DNA from: Thermodesulfobacteriota bacterium
GTDB taxonomy: Bacteria; Desulfobacterota; Desulfobacteria; Desulfobacterales; C00003060
NCBI GenBank assembly: GCA_034189385.1
Contig: JAXHVD010000031.1
Coordinates: 1 to 31,406 of the forward strand
Direction: 5' to 3'
DNA length: 31,406 nucleotides
A program made the translations under genes and the position numbers. This document shows positions 10,226-19,892 of the stretch, one piece after another; the stretch's first letter is position 1, and each line of letters opens with the position of its first letter. Below the pieces are notes generated by a model. It was given only the letters and a program-made list of their open reading frames with translations, made no database searches and was not told the origin of the DNA.

Positions 10226-10579
10226 CTACTTGCCAGGCATAATAATGCGTGAATCCCCCTGCTGCTGACGACCCTGTCCGGCTTGCATTTCTTTCGCTTT
10301 TTCAACCATTTCTTCCATGGCCTGTTGCATGGCTTCAGGAAATTTCTCCATGGCTTCTTCTAACGTGGCTGCCTGTATTTTCCCTCGAATCGGTACCATG
10401 CCCTGCGGCGACATGAGTTGGGCATGACCGACATAGAGTCTCTCGCGGCTTTTGTCGTCCGTTCCATCTTTCATGATGGGGATCAGACACCTGATGCCGC
10501 CCATCTTGAGATCTGTTATGGACTCATCACGATAGAGATTATTTTTATCGATAGCAAAATCAATCTGTTCATCCATCAT
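10226..10579 (-). CDS. Conserved hypothetical cytoplasmic protein
   Basis: GGAGG RBS before the ATG at 10579. The pattern NLYRDESITDLKMGGIRCLIP...SRIIMPGK resembles a widespread proteobacterial hypothetical family (recognised from memory). Confidence 0.8.
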   Translation of the reverse strand: MMDEQIDFAIDKNNLYRDESITDLKMGGIRCLIPIMKDGTDDKSRERLYVGHAQLMSPQGMVPIRGKIQAATLEEAMEKFPEAMQQAMEEMVEKAKEMQAGQGRQQQGDSRIIMPGK

Positions 10580-10623
10580 TGCGTTCCTCCATGTCATTAT
10601 TGATTGAGGTTATCCCGACAGCT

Positions 10624-10801
10624 TAGTGCCCATCCACGAAGGCCCGTAAAGTAAGGTGGGCACTGGCGTCAGTTTCCCATTCAGTCCGCCATGGGTGAAT
10701 TCGCAAGGTCAACGAAATCAAGCGATCCCGCAGACTTGTCAGCCTTGGGCTGATTGATCCACCTGAGGCGGAGAAAAGGGCCATTTGTGGATGGAAACTA
10801 G
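10624..10801. mobile_element. Composite MITE-like repeat, copy 1
   Basis: Ends AGTGCCCATCCACGAA / TTTGTGGATGGAAACT form an imperfect inverted repeat; AGCTTAG occurs at both junctions; long shared blocks with 21892-22106. Confidence 0.75.
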
Positions 10802-10993
10802 CTTAGAACCCACTTCGGCCTGGTTGTCAATGTTCGAATTCTAAAAGACCATCGTGACTCCATTGAGATCAATAAAAAAATCGGCAATCAGCTTGCATAT
10901 GGAAAAAGACTGCTTACGTTGTCCAGACCATGCCGTCGCAGGAAGGTGGCGTGAGCTATTACCAACGATGCCAACAGGGCAACAGACAAGGAG

Positions 10994-11557
10994 ATGAAAC
11001 AGATGACAGATCGTTCGCACGTGACGCTTTACAGCGGGGGGCACAGGGGAGCTGAGGCCGAATTCGGAAAACTTGCCGAGCGCTGGGGGATTGACGAGGT
11101 CAACTTTTCGTTCGAGGGGCACAGGATCGAGCGGACTAGGGGAGTTGAGGTACTGACGCCAGAAGAGCTTGACAGGGGGGATGTGAGCATGGAGATCGTT
11201 TCTATGCGCATGGGCCGGAACTATTCAAAGGCTGAAAAAATCCGAAAGGTCATCCAGTCGATATTTCACATGGTCAACAAGGGCTACCACGTGATCGCCG
11301 TCGGATGGATTCAGCCGGACGGGACCGTCAAAGGGGGAACAGGCTGGGGCGTTGAGCTGGCAAAGCTCTTCAACCGGCCCGTCAACGTGTACGATCAGGA
11401 CCGCAAGGACTGGTTCGCATGGAAAGAGAACAGCTGGGTAGCTGAGACGCCGACAATCACCGACAAGACCTTTGTTGGTACCGGAACCGTGAGTCTTACC
11501 GACGACGGCCGCAGGGCGATTCGTGACCTCTTTGAACGCTCTTTCGGACCTGCTTAA
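10994..11557 (+). CDS. Hypothetical protein, SLOG-superfamily-like nucleotide-binding fold
   Basis: AAGGAG RBS; SGGHRGAE and GGTGWGVELA glycine motifs resemble SLOG/YpsA-like proteins. Confidence 0.7.
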   Translation: MKQMTDRSHVTLYSGGHRGAEAEFGKLAERWGIDEVNFSFEGHRIERTRGVEVLTPEELDRGDVSMEIVSMRMGRNYSKAEKIRKVIQSIFHMVNKGYHVIAVGWIQPDGTVKGGTGWGVELAKLFNRPVNVYDQDRKDWFAWKENSWVAETPTITDKTFVGTGTVSLTDDGRRAIRDLFERSFGPA

Positions 11558-12235
11558 TCCAACTCCTTTTTCCCCCATTATTGGCGTTAGGCGCAAGGGC
11601 CGCCTGAAGGCTTTCACCAGATTCAGCTGGAAAAGGCGAGATTTTGGGTCTGCTCTTTGCTTTTGCTTAAAAGGGCTGGGGGGCGAAGGCCGCCTTGGGC
11701 CCATAGGCCTTGCGGTCCAAACAAGAAAAAAGCTAATGTAAAAAATTAAAGAGTCGCTGTAATGCCCCATTTTTTAAATTGATTTTAGAAGACAATACTC
11801 CAAGAGGACACAAGAGCCGGCTGCCGTCAACTCCTTTAGGAGAACAGCCTGACAAGTGTTGAACGATCCAAGGATCGGACTCCTTTGTCATCGTTTCCGC
11901 AGACCAAGCTGCATGGGTAAAGCCTCGCCGATTTTCACCCCGGCCCCGCCAATAAAAATCTAGCGCATAACCCCTTGATGTTATGAATAAAACCAACACA
12001 CATAGGGCTTTTAAATTAATGCTACTTAAGTATAATCTAATGTATTATTAATATAAAATAATATTAAAAAGACATCTTTTATGTATGAAAGATGTATAGG
12101 TACATGACAGACGGGATGCGGCGAGGGGCGGAGGGGCAGAAGATCCCTGGATGAGCACCAAGCACCGAGATTTGACATCGGCCCTTCCATTTGAGACGTT
12201 GAAGGCAGAAAGGGTCTCCTTCCACCTGAGGCAAT

Positions 12236-13144
12236 ATGGCTGGAATGTACGAAGCACAACTGCAATGGAAGCCTGTGGCTGTCCTCCTGGCGCTCGCCCT
12301 GATTTGGGGGGCAAACATGGCCGTCATCAAGATCGGAGCTCGCGAGCTGGCCCCATTGTTTATGGCCGGCCTGCGGTCTTTGGTGGCCAGTGCTTGCCTT
12401 TATGTGTGGATGAAGGCCAAGGGGATTGCTGTTTTTCCCTCCAGGGTTGTGATGCTGCACGGGATTGTTGTTGGCGTGCTCTTCGGTTGTGAGTTCGGCT
12501 TCATCTACGTGGGCCTCCAATACACCCTGGCTTCCAGGACGTACGTACTCGTCTACACAGCGCCCTTTTTCGCGGCCTTAGGGGCCCATTTCTTTCTTCA
12601 GGGTGATCGCTTAAATGCCTTAAAGACGGGGGGACTTGTCCTGGCTTTTGCGGGCGTGGTTTGTCTGTTCATGAGGGACGCCACCTCCTTTTCTATGAGC
12701 GCCTTGAGTGGCGATCTCATGGCCCTGGGAGCGGGTCTGTTATGGGCCGCTACGACGCTCTATCTGAAGAAGTATCTGTCTCAGCGGACCTTGCCATTAC
12801 AGACCCTCTTTTACCAAGTCTTCTTTTCCGCGCCACTGCTCTTCCTCATGAGTGTCGCAGTGGAGGATCCGATTGTGTCAGGGTTTTCCTTTGTCACGGC
12901 CTTCTCGGTGTTTTATCAGTGTATTATTGTAGCCTTTCTTAGCTATCTGGTGTGGTTTCAGCTCATCCACCAGTACCCTGTGAGTCTGCTCCACGCCTTT
13001 TCCTTTTTCGCACCGGTCTTTGGCGTATTCTTAAGCGGTCTTTTGATCTTGGGAGAGTTGATAGCGCCAAACCTTATCGTGGCGTTGGTCTTGGTCAGCG
13101 TGGGGATGGTGCTAGTCAACAAGCGGCCCGAGGCCAAGGGTTAG
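12236..13144 (+). CDS. DMT/EamA-family transporter
   Basis: About ten TM helices in two repeats; IWGAN, APLFMAGLRS, YTAPFF, GDLMAL, APVFGV motifs. Confidence 0.92.
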   Translation: MAGMYEAQLQWKPVAVLLALALIWGANMAVIKIGARELAPLFMAGLRSLVASACLYVWMKAKGIAVFPSRVVMLHGIVVGVLFGCEFGFIYVGLQYTLASRTYVLVYTAPFFAALGAHFFLQGDRLNALKTGGLVLAFAGVVCLFMRDATSFSMSALSGDLMALGAGLLWAATTLYLKKYLSQRTLPLQTLFYQVFFSAPLLFLMSVAVEDPIVSGFSFVTAFSVFYQCIIVAFLSYLVWFQLIHQYPVSLLHAFSFFAPVFGVFLSGLLILGELIAPNLIVALVLVSVGMVLVNKRPEAKG

Positions 13145-13201
13145 AAGCAGGGCACTGTCGCCCGTGCGCAGGGATAAGACAAGGAGATGACTAGCACCGC
13201 G

Positions 13202-13438
13202 CTACTTGTTCTCGCTTGAGCTGGAGTCACAGCCACAGCTTGTCTTTTCACTGCCACCGCCGCCACATCTTGTTTTTTCGCTGCAACTCGTTTGGGAACC
13301 CTCTTCTTGCATCCCGCGACAGCTGGTTTTCCCACTGCAACCGGTCGTGGCACAGCCAGTATAGGTCAACCCGGCCCCCGTGATCAGAGCGGCAATACTC
13401 ATTCCTGCGAGAATCTTCTTGAGCCGATTGTCAGCCAT
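13202..13438 (-). CDS. SbtA/selenobiotic-family-like RiPP precursor peptide (Cys-repeat core)
   Basis: AAAGGAG RBS before the ATG at 13438. The leader LKKILAGMSIAALITGAG resembles the deltaproteobacterial selenobiotic precursor family. The core has seven Cys, four of them in repeated (K/Q)T(S/R)C units. Confidence 0.75.
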   Translation of the reverse strand: MADNRLKKILAGMSIAALITGAGLTYTGCATTGCSGKTSCRGMQEEGSQTSCSEKTRCGGGGSEKTSCGCDSSSSENK

Positions 13439-14172
13439 ATGTCGTCTCCTTTTCATCTATTGGACGAACGGTTCTTGGTCTTAACAGAATCGATTGGATC
13501 TGGAGGACACTCGATCCACCACCTCAAAACCGTGCGGTCCTATTTCTTTAACATGCCCATGAAGTGCCTTCATGTAAATGGGGTCATCGCTGTATTTATG
13601 GAAGATGAACACAGTATTTCCGGGAGATCCAGCATGTGAGTCATGAACGATTCCAAATGAAGCCCCCTCTATCTCTGGCCAAAGGCTTTCGAGAAGAACC
13701 CAGAGACTAAGGCGCCGATTTGACCTCGAAAAGCACATAGGGCTCTCATCTAGTTAAAAAGAAGCAAATATAATTATATTATATGTTCATTTATAATAAA
13801 TATAAATATATATTAATTATACTTAAGAAATGTATATGTATGCTAAATACCACCTCTTCGAAACTCACCTATTCCTTGGTCATAAACATCGTTCTAACAT
13901 CCCTTAGCCCTTTTCTTTTCTGCTTCACATCAAATTGTTGCCGGGCCCCGATTAGTTCCTGTTTACCATACCAGAGCAGGTTGTGGGTGGTATTGGAATA
14001 TGATAACGGTGGTTGAACCGAATAAGCGAGCGCATTCTCCAGAGGAGAGCTACCGCAGCCCCCGTGGGTTCTGCCTGACGGCAGTGCGTCGCGGGCCGCG
14101 GGGAGGGTTCAATAGAGGGGTCTGACGAAGATGTGAATGCTTTATGGAACTGGATCTACCCATGGCAAGGAG

Positions 14173-14967
14173 ATGAAAAGGATTCATATTGTGGGTTGCG
14201 GCCCACGCACTGGGACAACGCTCATGGCAGAGGCCATGATTGCTTGTTTTGAGATCGACCATCACACAAAGCACGAAGACAGGATCTTCGTGCCGCCGCC
14301 AGCCGATGGAAATATCTTTCTCACAAAGGACCCCAAGGACATCCTTGTGATTGGTCCACTTCTGTGGGTCAATCCTGATCTTTATGTCGTATATATGTTA
14401 CGCGATCCCAGAGACATGATCACCAGCAGGCATTGGAGAGATCCAAAGCGCTATTGGGCAAGTCTTCGCTATTGGAAAGCTTATTCTCCCTGGGGGCGTA
14501 AGCTTCAGAAGAATCGAAGATTTATCACCATCCGATACGAGGACTTGGTGTGCAACCCTGATGAGGTGCAGGGCAAGCTTATGGAGAGGATGCCATTTCT
14601 CAAGAAAAGGGCTCCTTTCAGTCGTTATCACGAGATAGCACAACCTTCTGAAGACTCTCTGGAGGCATTGCGTGGCGTCCGCCCGATCTCTCCAGTGGAG
14701 ATAGGCAAGTGGCGTCATCACCTTCCACGTGTAGCTGGCCAGCTTCAGCTTCATGGATCGATCTCACGGGATCTTATTGAACACAGGTACGAGAAGGACG
14801 ATTCATGGCTAAGTGAGCTGGAAGGCGTTGAGCCGGACATAGATGAAAGTCATTGGCCCGAGTATTTTAGCCGGCGAGACCTACGGAAAAGAGAGCGTGG
14901 AAAATACATGGAGGTGGTTAAAACAATCATGCGTCGCGTAGGGTTCAATCCATCAAGAAACAGGTAG
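14173..14967 (+). CDS. Sulfotransferase-family protein
   Basis: AAGGAG RBS; 5'-PSB loop GCGPRTGTTL, 3'-PB RDPRDMITS, IRYEDLV, IGKWR. Confidence 0.88.
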   Translation: MKRIHIVGCGPRTGTTLMAEAMIACFEIDHHTKHEDRIFVPPPADGNIFLTKDPKDILVIGPLLWVNPDLYVVYMLRDPRDMITSRHWRDPKRYWASLRYWKAYSPWGRKLQKNRRFITIRYEDLVCNPDEVQGKLMERMPFLKKRAPFSRYHEIAQPSEDSLEALRGVRPISPVEIGKWRHHLPRVAGQLQLHGSISRDLIEHRYEKDDSWLSELEGVEPDIDESHWPEYFSRRDLRKRERGKYMEVVKTIMRRVGFNPSRNR

Positions 14968-15037
14968 AGCATCGGCTAGTCTGATTGCCGCTGACAAAGG
15001 CTAGTTGCCCCAAAAGAGATTAAAGAGAGTACAATAG

Positions 15038-15937
15038 ATGAACAAATGCAAAACGATTGCAGTCCTTTTTCACGAAAGTGCGACGCCAAAGCAAATGCGC
15101 AACTATCGCGCCTGGCACCTTGCACAAGTCTGGAAGGACTGGGGGATTGACGTTCAACTGCTACGAGGAGCTAATGACTCGATTGATGCCGATCTGGTCA
15201 TTCCTCAGATTGACCTGAGTGTACGTCCTCGAGCATACCGGTTTCTTCAAGACTCAAAGGGCGTGGTCCTCAATCGAAATGTGCTGGACATCCGCAAGAC
15301 CTCCTTTAGTCGGAACTTGGTATCGATGCAGGACGAGTACGATGGTCCAGTCATCGTTAAGACGAATGCTAACTCGGGAGGCGCACCAGAGAATTTGGTC
15401 TTCCGTGCCCTTCCACCCATTAGGCGCAAGATATTTCTGGCGCGACGACTACTCATTCAATTTGTCAGAACAGGCTCAATCGACAGATTAGCTTATGTAA
15501 GAACCCTCAACTCAAATAAATACCCAGTATACCCGTCAAAGCGTGAAGTACCTCGAGGCGTGTTCAAGAACCCCAACCTAGTGATCGAGAAGTTTCTACC
15601 GGAAAAGAATGGAGACTTCTACTATAGTCGGAGCTACGTATTTCTGGGAAATGAAGGTGTTGCGGTCCGGATTAAATCGGAGTGTCCGGTGGTCAAGAAT
15701 ACTGTCCTGCCGGATCTTGAATTCGTTCCCATTGACGAGACCATGGTGGCTGCCCGAGAAGCATTAGGCTTTGATTATGGGAAGTTTGACTATGTGGTAC
15801 ACAACGGGGAACCTGTATTGCTGGACATAAACGCCACGCCATATCTGGGAACATCCTATTCGCCAGAAGTAAAACAACGTATCGTGGCGCAGTTAGCCAA
15901 AGGGATTGCCACGTGGTTCTCCGATTCGTATGAGTGA
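15038..15937 (+). CDS. ATP-grasp-like protein
   Basis: PVIVKTNANSGG, VIEKFLP, GFDYGKFDYV and LLDINATP follow the ATP-grasp motif order. Confidence 0.72.
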   Translation: MNKCKTIAVLFHESATPKQMRNYRAWHLAQVWKDWGIDVQLLRGANDSIDADLVIPQIDLSVRPRAYRFLQDSKGVVLNRNVLDIRKTSFSRNLVSMQDEYDGPVIVKTNANSGGAPENLVFRALPPIRRKIFLARRLLIQFVRTGSIDRLAYVRTLNSNKYPVYPSKREVPRGVFKNPNLVIEKFLPEKNGDFYYSRSYVFLGNEGVAVRIKSECPVVKNTVLPDLEFVPIDETMVAAREALGFDYGKFDYVVHNGEPVLLDINATPYLGTSYSPEVKQRIVAQLAKGIATWFSDSYE

Positions 15938-16034
15938 GGAGCCCTAAAGGGACGTTTAATGTCGAATAGAGGCCCTTTTTTGACGGCTTGTGGGAAAGGC
16001 CCAATGAGTTAAAAGACTACATGAGTGTTGAAAT

Positions 16035-16490
16035 ATGATACGTTGCAAAAAGATGTCGGCTAAATTGCTGCTGGATATGGAGGTTAAGAGGCTAGAAGAA
16101 GAGGTTATATCATGCAAAGCCGCGGCGACTGCAAAAGGAGTGCCGTTGAAAAACGAGTTAAAAACGCTGATCCTAGATACGAGTATTGGTACGGTTGCTT
16201 TGCACATAAGGGGTGACAGATCTGCAGCTCTTAGGAAGGTTAAGAATAGGTTAAGGTGCAAGGAGGCATACTTGTCCTCTCCTGCGCGATTAAGAGAGCT
16301 AGGGGCTGCCCCGGGAACGGTGCACCCTTTCAGATCGAAGATATGGGGTTTAAAGCACTTGATTAGTAAGAGCTTGCTAACACTCAAATATCTTACGACT
16401 AATAGTGGGACATTAACTGAGTACGTCAAATTTTCTCCCGTACTTCTATTGTTCGCAAGAGACAAGATTGTTGATGATTTTGAAATGTGA
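16035..16490 (+). CDS. YbaK/EbsC (aminoacyl-tRNA editing)-like protein
   Basis: AAATAKGVP...ELKTLIL, GAAPGTVHPF and TTNSG resemble YbaK/ProX motifs (KTL, GxxxP). Confidence 0.65.
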   Translation: MIRCKKMSAKLLLDMEVKRLEEEVISCKAAATAKGVPLKNELKTLILDTSIGTVALHIRGDRSAALRKVKNRLRCKEAYLSSPARLRELGAAPGTVHPFRSKIWGLKHLISKSLLTLKYLTTNSGTLTEYVKFSPVLLLFARDKIVDDFEM

Positions 16491-16572
16491 CCCCATGCCC
16501 ATTGGAGAATCTGTAATTCAGGACAATGGAAGCAGTTGGCAAAGGTGTACGTGTATGTTTCAGGAGGTATCC

Positions 16573-17334
16573 ATGTGTATGGATGGAATGAGAACACGAT
16601 TTGGAAAACCAGCAGTGATTTTTCTTTTTCTCGTTGCCTTTGCTTGTGCGTGCTCTTCACCCTTTTCTGCAGAAACTGAGCTCTGGTTTGGGACATACAC
16701 TGACGAGAAGGGAAAAATCTGTCAAGGACGCTATATTGTAAAAAAGACCGGACAGATCGTTGGTGTACAACTTGCTCCCTATGGTTTACTACCCATTGAT
16801 TTTGTAGTGGTTGAGCATGATACATCCAAAGGGTTTCTAAAAATGCAATGGCCTGGCAATCCCCAAAAAAGATGCGCACTCTTTCGATATCATCGCAACT
16901 ACTACGCTGGCAATTGGATCGACGGGACGAGCGTGCAGCCCATGGTCATAAAAAAATTCGACAGGCGAGATGCGCAGCTGCAGGGTAAGTTTTTGGGGCC
17001 GAGCGAAATAGAAATAAGAATCGTCGACTATGCAAAGGAACTCCTATCCAGCGAAGAGAAGTGGAACCGAAATGACAATCGTGTATGTGTAGATGAGAGT
17101 AAGGTTAGTCTTTTTTGTGCCCTATATAGGGCATCCATAGCCGCAGACGGCGAATACCGCCACAAGAGGCCGGCAGTTGAAGTGGTCAGAGACGTGATTG
17201 TGCGAAGACACCCCAGGAAATATGGCCACATCTTGATGGAGTTCAATAATTTGCCCGAGACCTCGTTGGAAGAAGTCCGCGCCGTTTTAGAGGCGGCCAA
17301 AGGGCAATTGATAGAATCAATGAAACACAACTAA
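16573..17334 (+). CDS. Secreted hypothetical protein with DUF6197-like C-terminal domain
   Basis: AGGAGG RBS; hydrophobic signal; C-terminal WNRNDNRVC..SLFCAL..YRHKRPA..LMEFNN pattern. Confidence 0.65.
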   Translation: MCMDGMRTRFGKPAVIFLFLVAFACACSSPFSAETELWFGTYTDEKGKICQGRYIVKKTGQIVGVQLAPYGLLPIDFVVVEHDTSKGFLKMQWPGNPQKRCALFRYHRNYYAGNWIDGTSVQPMVIKKFDRRDAQLQGKFLGPSEIEIRIVDYAKELLSSEEKWNRNDNRVCVDESKVSLFCALYRASIAADGEYRHKRPAVEVVRDVIVRRHPRKYGHILMEFNNLPETSLEEVRAVLEAAKGQLIESMKHN

Positions 17335-17784
17335 CAAATGCACAGACATGGGCATGGCCAGTCTAGTATGCCTTCAGGGGGAATGAGTGGGATTCAGGAA
17401 GATCATCCACTTCCGTGTCATCATAAAGCTTATGAGTTACCTATTCATTCGCTTGGTGTCAAGTCTACCGGGCCAGAACAGTCGCGGGTTGAATGGCTAA
17501 AGCGGCAGAGGGTCGAACGCAATCAAGGTGTCAGAACGGCCACAGCTTCCCACCTATTCAATGTGGTATGATAGCAAAGGATCATCCAAGGCGAGGCACC
17601 TGAATAGCCTGACACATATAGCCCATCAGGGTCAACGATCCAAAATCTAGCGCGTTCAGATCAGATTCGGGAACGCCAAAAGGGTTGTATTTTCAGCCAG
17701 GAAGGCCGGTGATACGTGTTCAACCTTCGGCGAAGGCATAGGGCTGGCGTGATCCATGGCAGGTGATGAAACCTCGCCAAATCC

Positions 17785-18615
17785 TCACTCAATGTAGTCG
17801 TAATGCCTCAGAAGGTATTGGGCTTTAGGCACTTGTAGCAAGCATTTCACGACTTCTCTGTGCTCATCATCTTGCCAGCGTCTCACAGATCTTTCGTGGA
17901 TGGGGGTTGCCCTTTCATGCCATGCTCTGTCTGAGCGTATCTCCGCAGATGCAGGATATTCCATCAGTGCAGGGTCGAATTTTTCACCGATAAACTCACA
18001 GATCCTTCTCAAAACGTGGGCAGAATTACTGACAAGGTCTTCGTACTTAACAGTTAGCACCTGCGGATGGCTCTCAAATATAAGGCCTGCGGAAACATCG
18101 AAAACCCAGCGATCCGATGAAACCCAATAACGGGACGGGGCTCTAGGGTGAGTCGATGTGACCACGTCTCTCCCATCGCGTACCATATGCACAAAGCGTG
18201 CTTCTTTTCCAAAAAAGCCAAGAATTCTATCAATGGAATGCACATTCTTTGGAGTTTTCTCACACCAACGATGACACGATTCTGGAATCGTGCTATTGAG
18301 TAATAACTTATAAATCCGCTCAACGCGGATCTCCGCATTAAGATTTGGATTGTTCGAATATGCTTCGGGGCAAAAGGCATGTGTTTCTTCTTGAATCGCG
18401 AACACCCTCGGATGTGCAGACAGTATCGAAAGCATTAATGTCGTACCAGACCGAGCACAACCACCAATTATAATGGGCCTCCGACTCATACTCACAATTC
18501 TTTTGTAGTTGCGAAAGCTATCACTTTTTAGCCACAAAAAGAGTCTTCCCTTAAAGAAGCGCCCATTAATAGTCGCCAATTGCCGATCAAAACGCTTGAA
18601 CATCATTGTTCCCAC
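17785..18615 (-). CDS. Sulfotransferase-family protein
   Basis: GGCARSGTTL, WCEKTP, VRDGRDVVTS, VKYEDLV, SVRRW. Confidence 0.92.
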   Translation of the reverse strand: MGTMMFKRFDRQLATINGRFFKGRLFLWLKSDSFRNYKRIVSMSRRPIIIGGCARSGTTLMLSILSAHPRVFAIQEETHAFCPEAYSNNPNLNAEIRVERIYKLLLNSTIPESCHRWCEKTPKNVHSIDRILGFFGKEARFVHMVRDGRDVVTSTHPRAPSRYWVSSDRWVFDVSAGLIFESHPQVLTVKYEDLVSNSAHVLRRICEFIGEKFDPALMEYPASAEIRSDRAWHERATPIHERSVRRWQDDEHREVVKCLLQVPKAQYLLRHYDYIE

Positions 18616-18664
18616 TCCGTTCTCTGTTCAGTAATGATTTGATCTTCAAAAATAGCATGTCTAA

Positions 18665-19720
18665 TTAAGTATCATTGTTCATGGTGATTTTGAGCTCAGC
18701 CATAGCAATTCCCATTTCACCACTGATGGAGTAGAAAAGATATGTTTTGCCATCTTCTTCAAAGATGCACGGGTCTCTGAGTTGTTGCACCTCAATTGCT
18801 GAGCCATAGCTAGACGGCTTGTTCGGATATCTTGTGCCCTCATAGTCCTTCTCCGGCCTGATGACATCCATGGGTTCTGATTCCACCCATTTCAACCAAT
18901 CCTTGCCCAAGGCCACTGTTGATGCCAGAATCCTCTCAGGCGCATCACCTTTCCTGGAGTAGAACATAATGAGATGGTTTCGTCTTAGCATTACAGCTGG
19001 ATGGCGCATCATGGCCACGAACCTGCCTCTCGATTTGAAAGGGGTCATGCCATATTCGGATCGGGATAGTTCGCCCCAACCCGTATCTCCTCTCTTGGAA
19101 AGGGCATAATAGAAGCCATTCCATCTAAAGACACGGAAGTAATACGTGCCGAGAATTGTTCCTGATGCCTCAAAGTCCAGGCCGTTCTTTGAAGTAGCGA
19201 CTCCTGTCCATTGCCCTTTTCGAAACCTTGCCTTTCCATGAAAGTACATACGCAGCTCTTTTCGTTCATTGTCGATATATACGTCCGGAGAAGCAATATG
19301 ACCTTTAAAGGCCCTCGCCTGTTCCAGCTTCAGTGTGCCCGGTTCGTAGATCTTCCACGGCCCTGCAAGGAAATCGGCGTAAGCTAGTCGTATAAGCTTA
19401 CCGTGGTGATGGGCAAAATACATGTAGTATTTCCCGAGCGGGTTGCTGATCCATGGCGGTACACGAATCACTGAAGGACCATTGATGTTTTTGCCCAGGG
19501 ACTTTGATGATGAGAATGTAACTAGAGGATTATGGGGGCAGCGAACAGCGACGATCTCTTTGATCGCATTAGTTGCCGGAACAACGTCTTCAGGCCTGCC
19601 ACAGTTGAAAAGGTAGCCGCAGATGGCCAAGCTAGCCACGACCCAGAATGAACACATTCGGTTTCGAGCAGGGGTTATTTGTCTGCAAACCATGATGATA
19701 CCCCGTTCTGGACAGTACAA
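18665..19720 (-). CDS. Five-bladed beta-propeller glycoside-hydrolase-like (GH43/32/130-type) exported protein
   Basis: NGPSVI, YYMYFAHH, HIASPDV, LRDPCIFEEDGKTYLFYS blade motifs; N-terminal hydrophobic segment followed by Cys. Start codon uncertain. Confidence 0.7.
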   Translation of the reverse strand: MYCPERGIIMVCRQITPARNRMCSFWVVASLAICGYLFNCGRPEDVVPATNAIKEIVAVRCPHNPLVTFSSSKSLGKNINGPSVIRVPPWISNPLGKYYMYFAHHHGKLIRLAYADFLAGPWKIYEPGTLKLEQARAFKGHIASPDVYIDNERKELRMYFHGKARFRKGQWTGVATSKNGLDFEASGTILGTYYFRVFRWNGFYYALSKRGDTGWGELSRSEYGMTPFKSRGRFVAMMRHPAVMLRRNHLIMFYSRKGDAPERILASTVALGKDWLKWVESEPMDVIRPEKDYEGTRYPNKPSSYGSAIEVQQLRDPCIFEEDGKTYLFYSISGEMGIAMAELKITMNNDT

Positions 19721-19892
19721 TATCTCTCTTTTCCAGATTCAATCAACCATGAATCATCGGATCAAAGCGTTTCTTTCTAAGAAACACCCCAGCAAGGGCC
19801 CTATTGTCAAAGAAAGGACCACCAAAATCGGGGATGGAGCAGGCTATTGGGATAGAAGAAAAAGTGCCAAAGACAGCAAAATCCTGGTTCTT

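Noticed and set aside
11814..11915. c-di-GMP-I riboswitch
   Set aside because: It lacks the GGCAAA...GAAA...GACGCAAAG core; kept only as an unidentified structure.
13202..13438. Selenocysteine recoding in the precursor peptide
   Set aside because: No in-frame TGA; the ORF ends in TAG and all candidate positions are Cys codons.
13481..13738. 85-aa ORF upstream of the precursor as a RiPP accessory gene
   Set aside because: No RBS or recognisable motif, so coding status cannot be supported.
17329..17400. attC after the DUF6197-like gene (AACTAAC overlapping the stop)
   Set aside because: No matching L'/R' boxes downstream and no complementary TTAGTT at the gene's 5' side.
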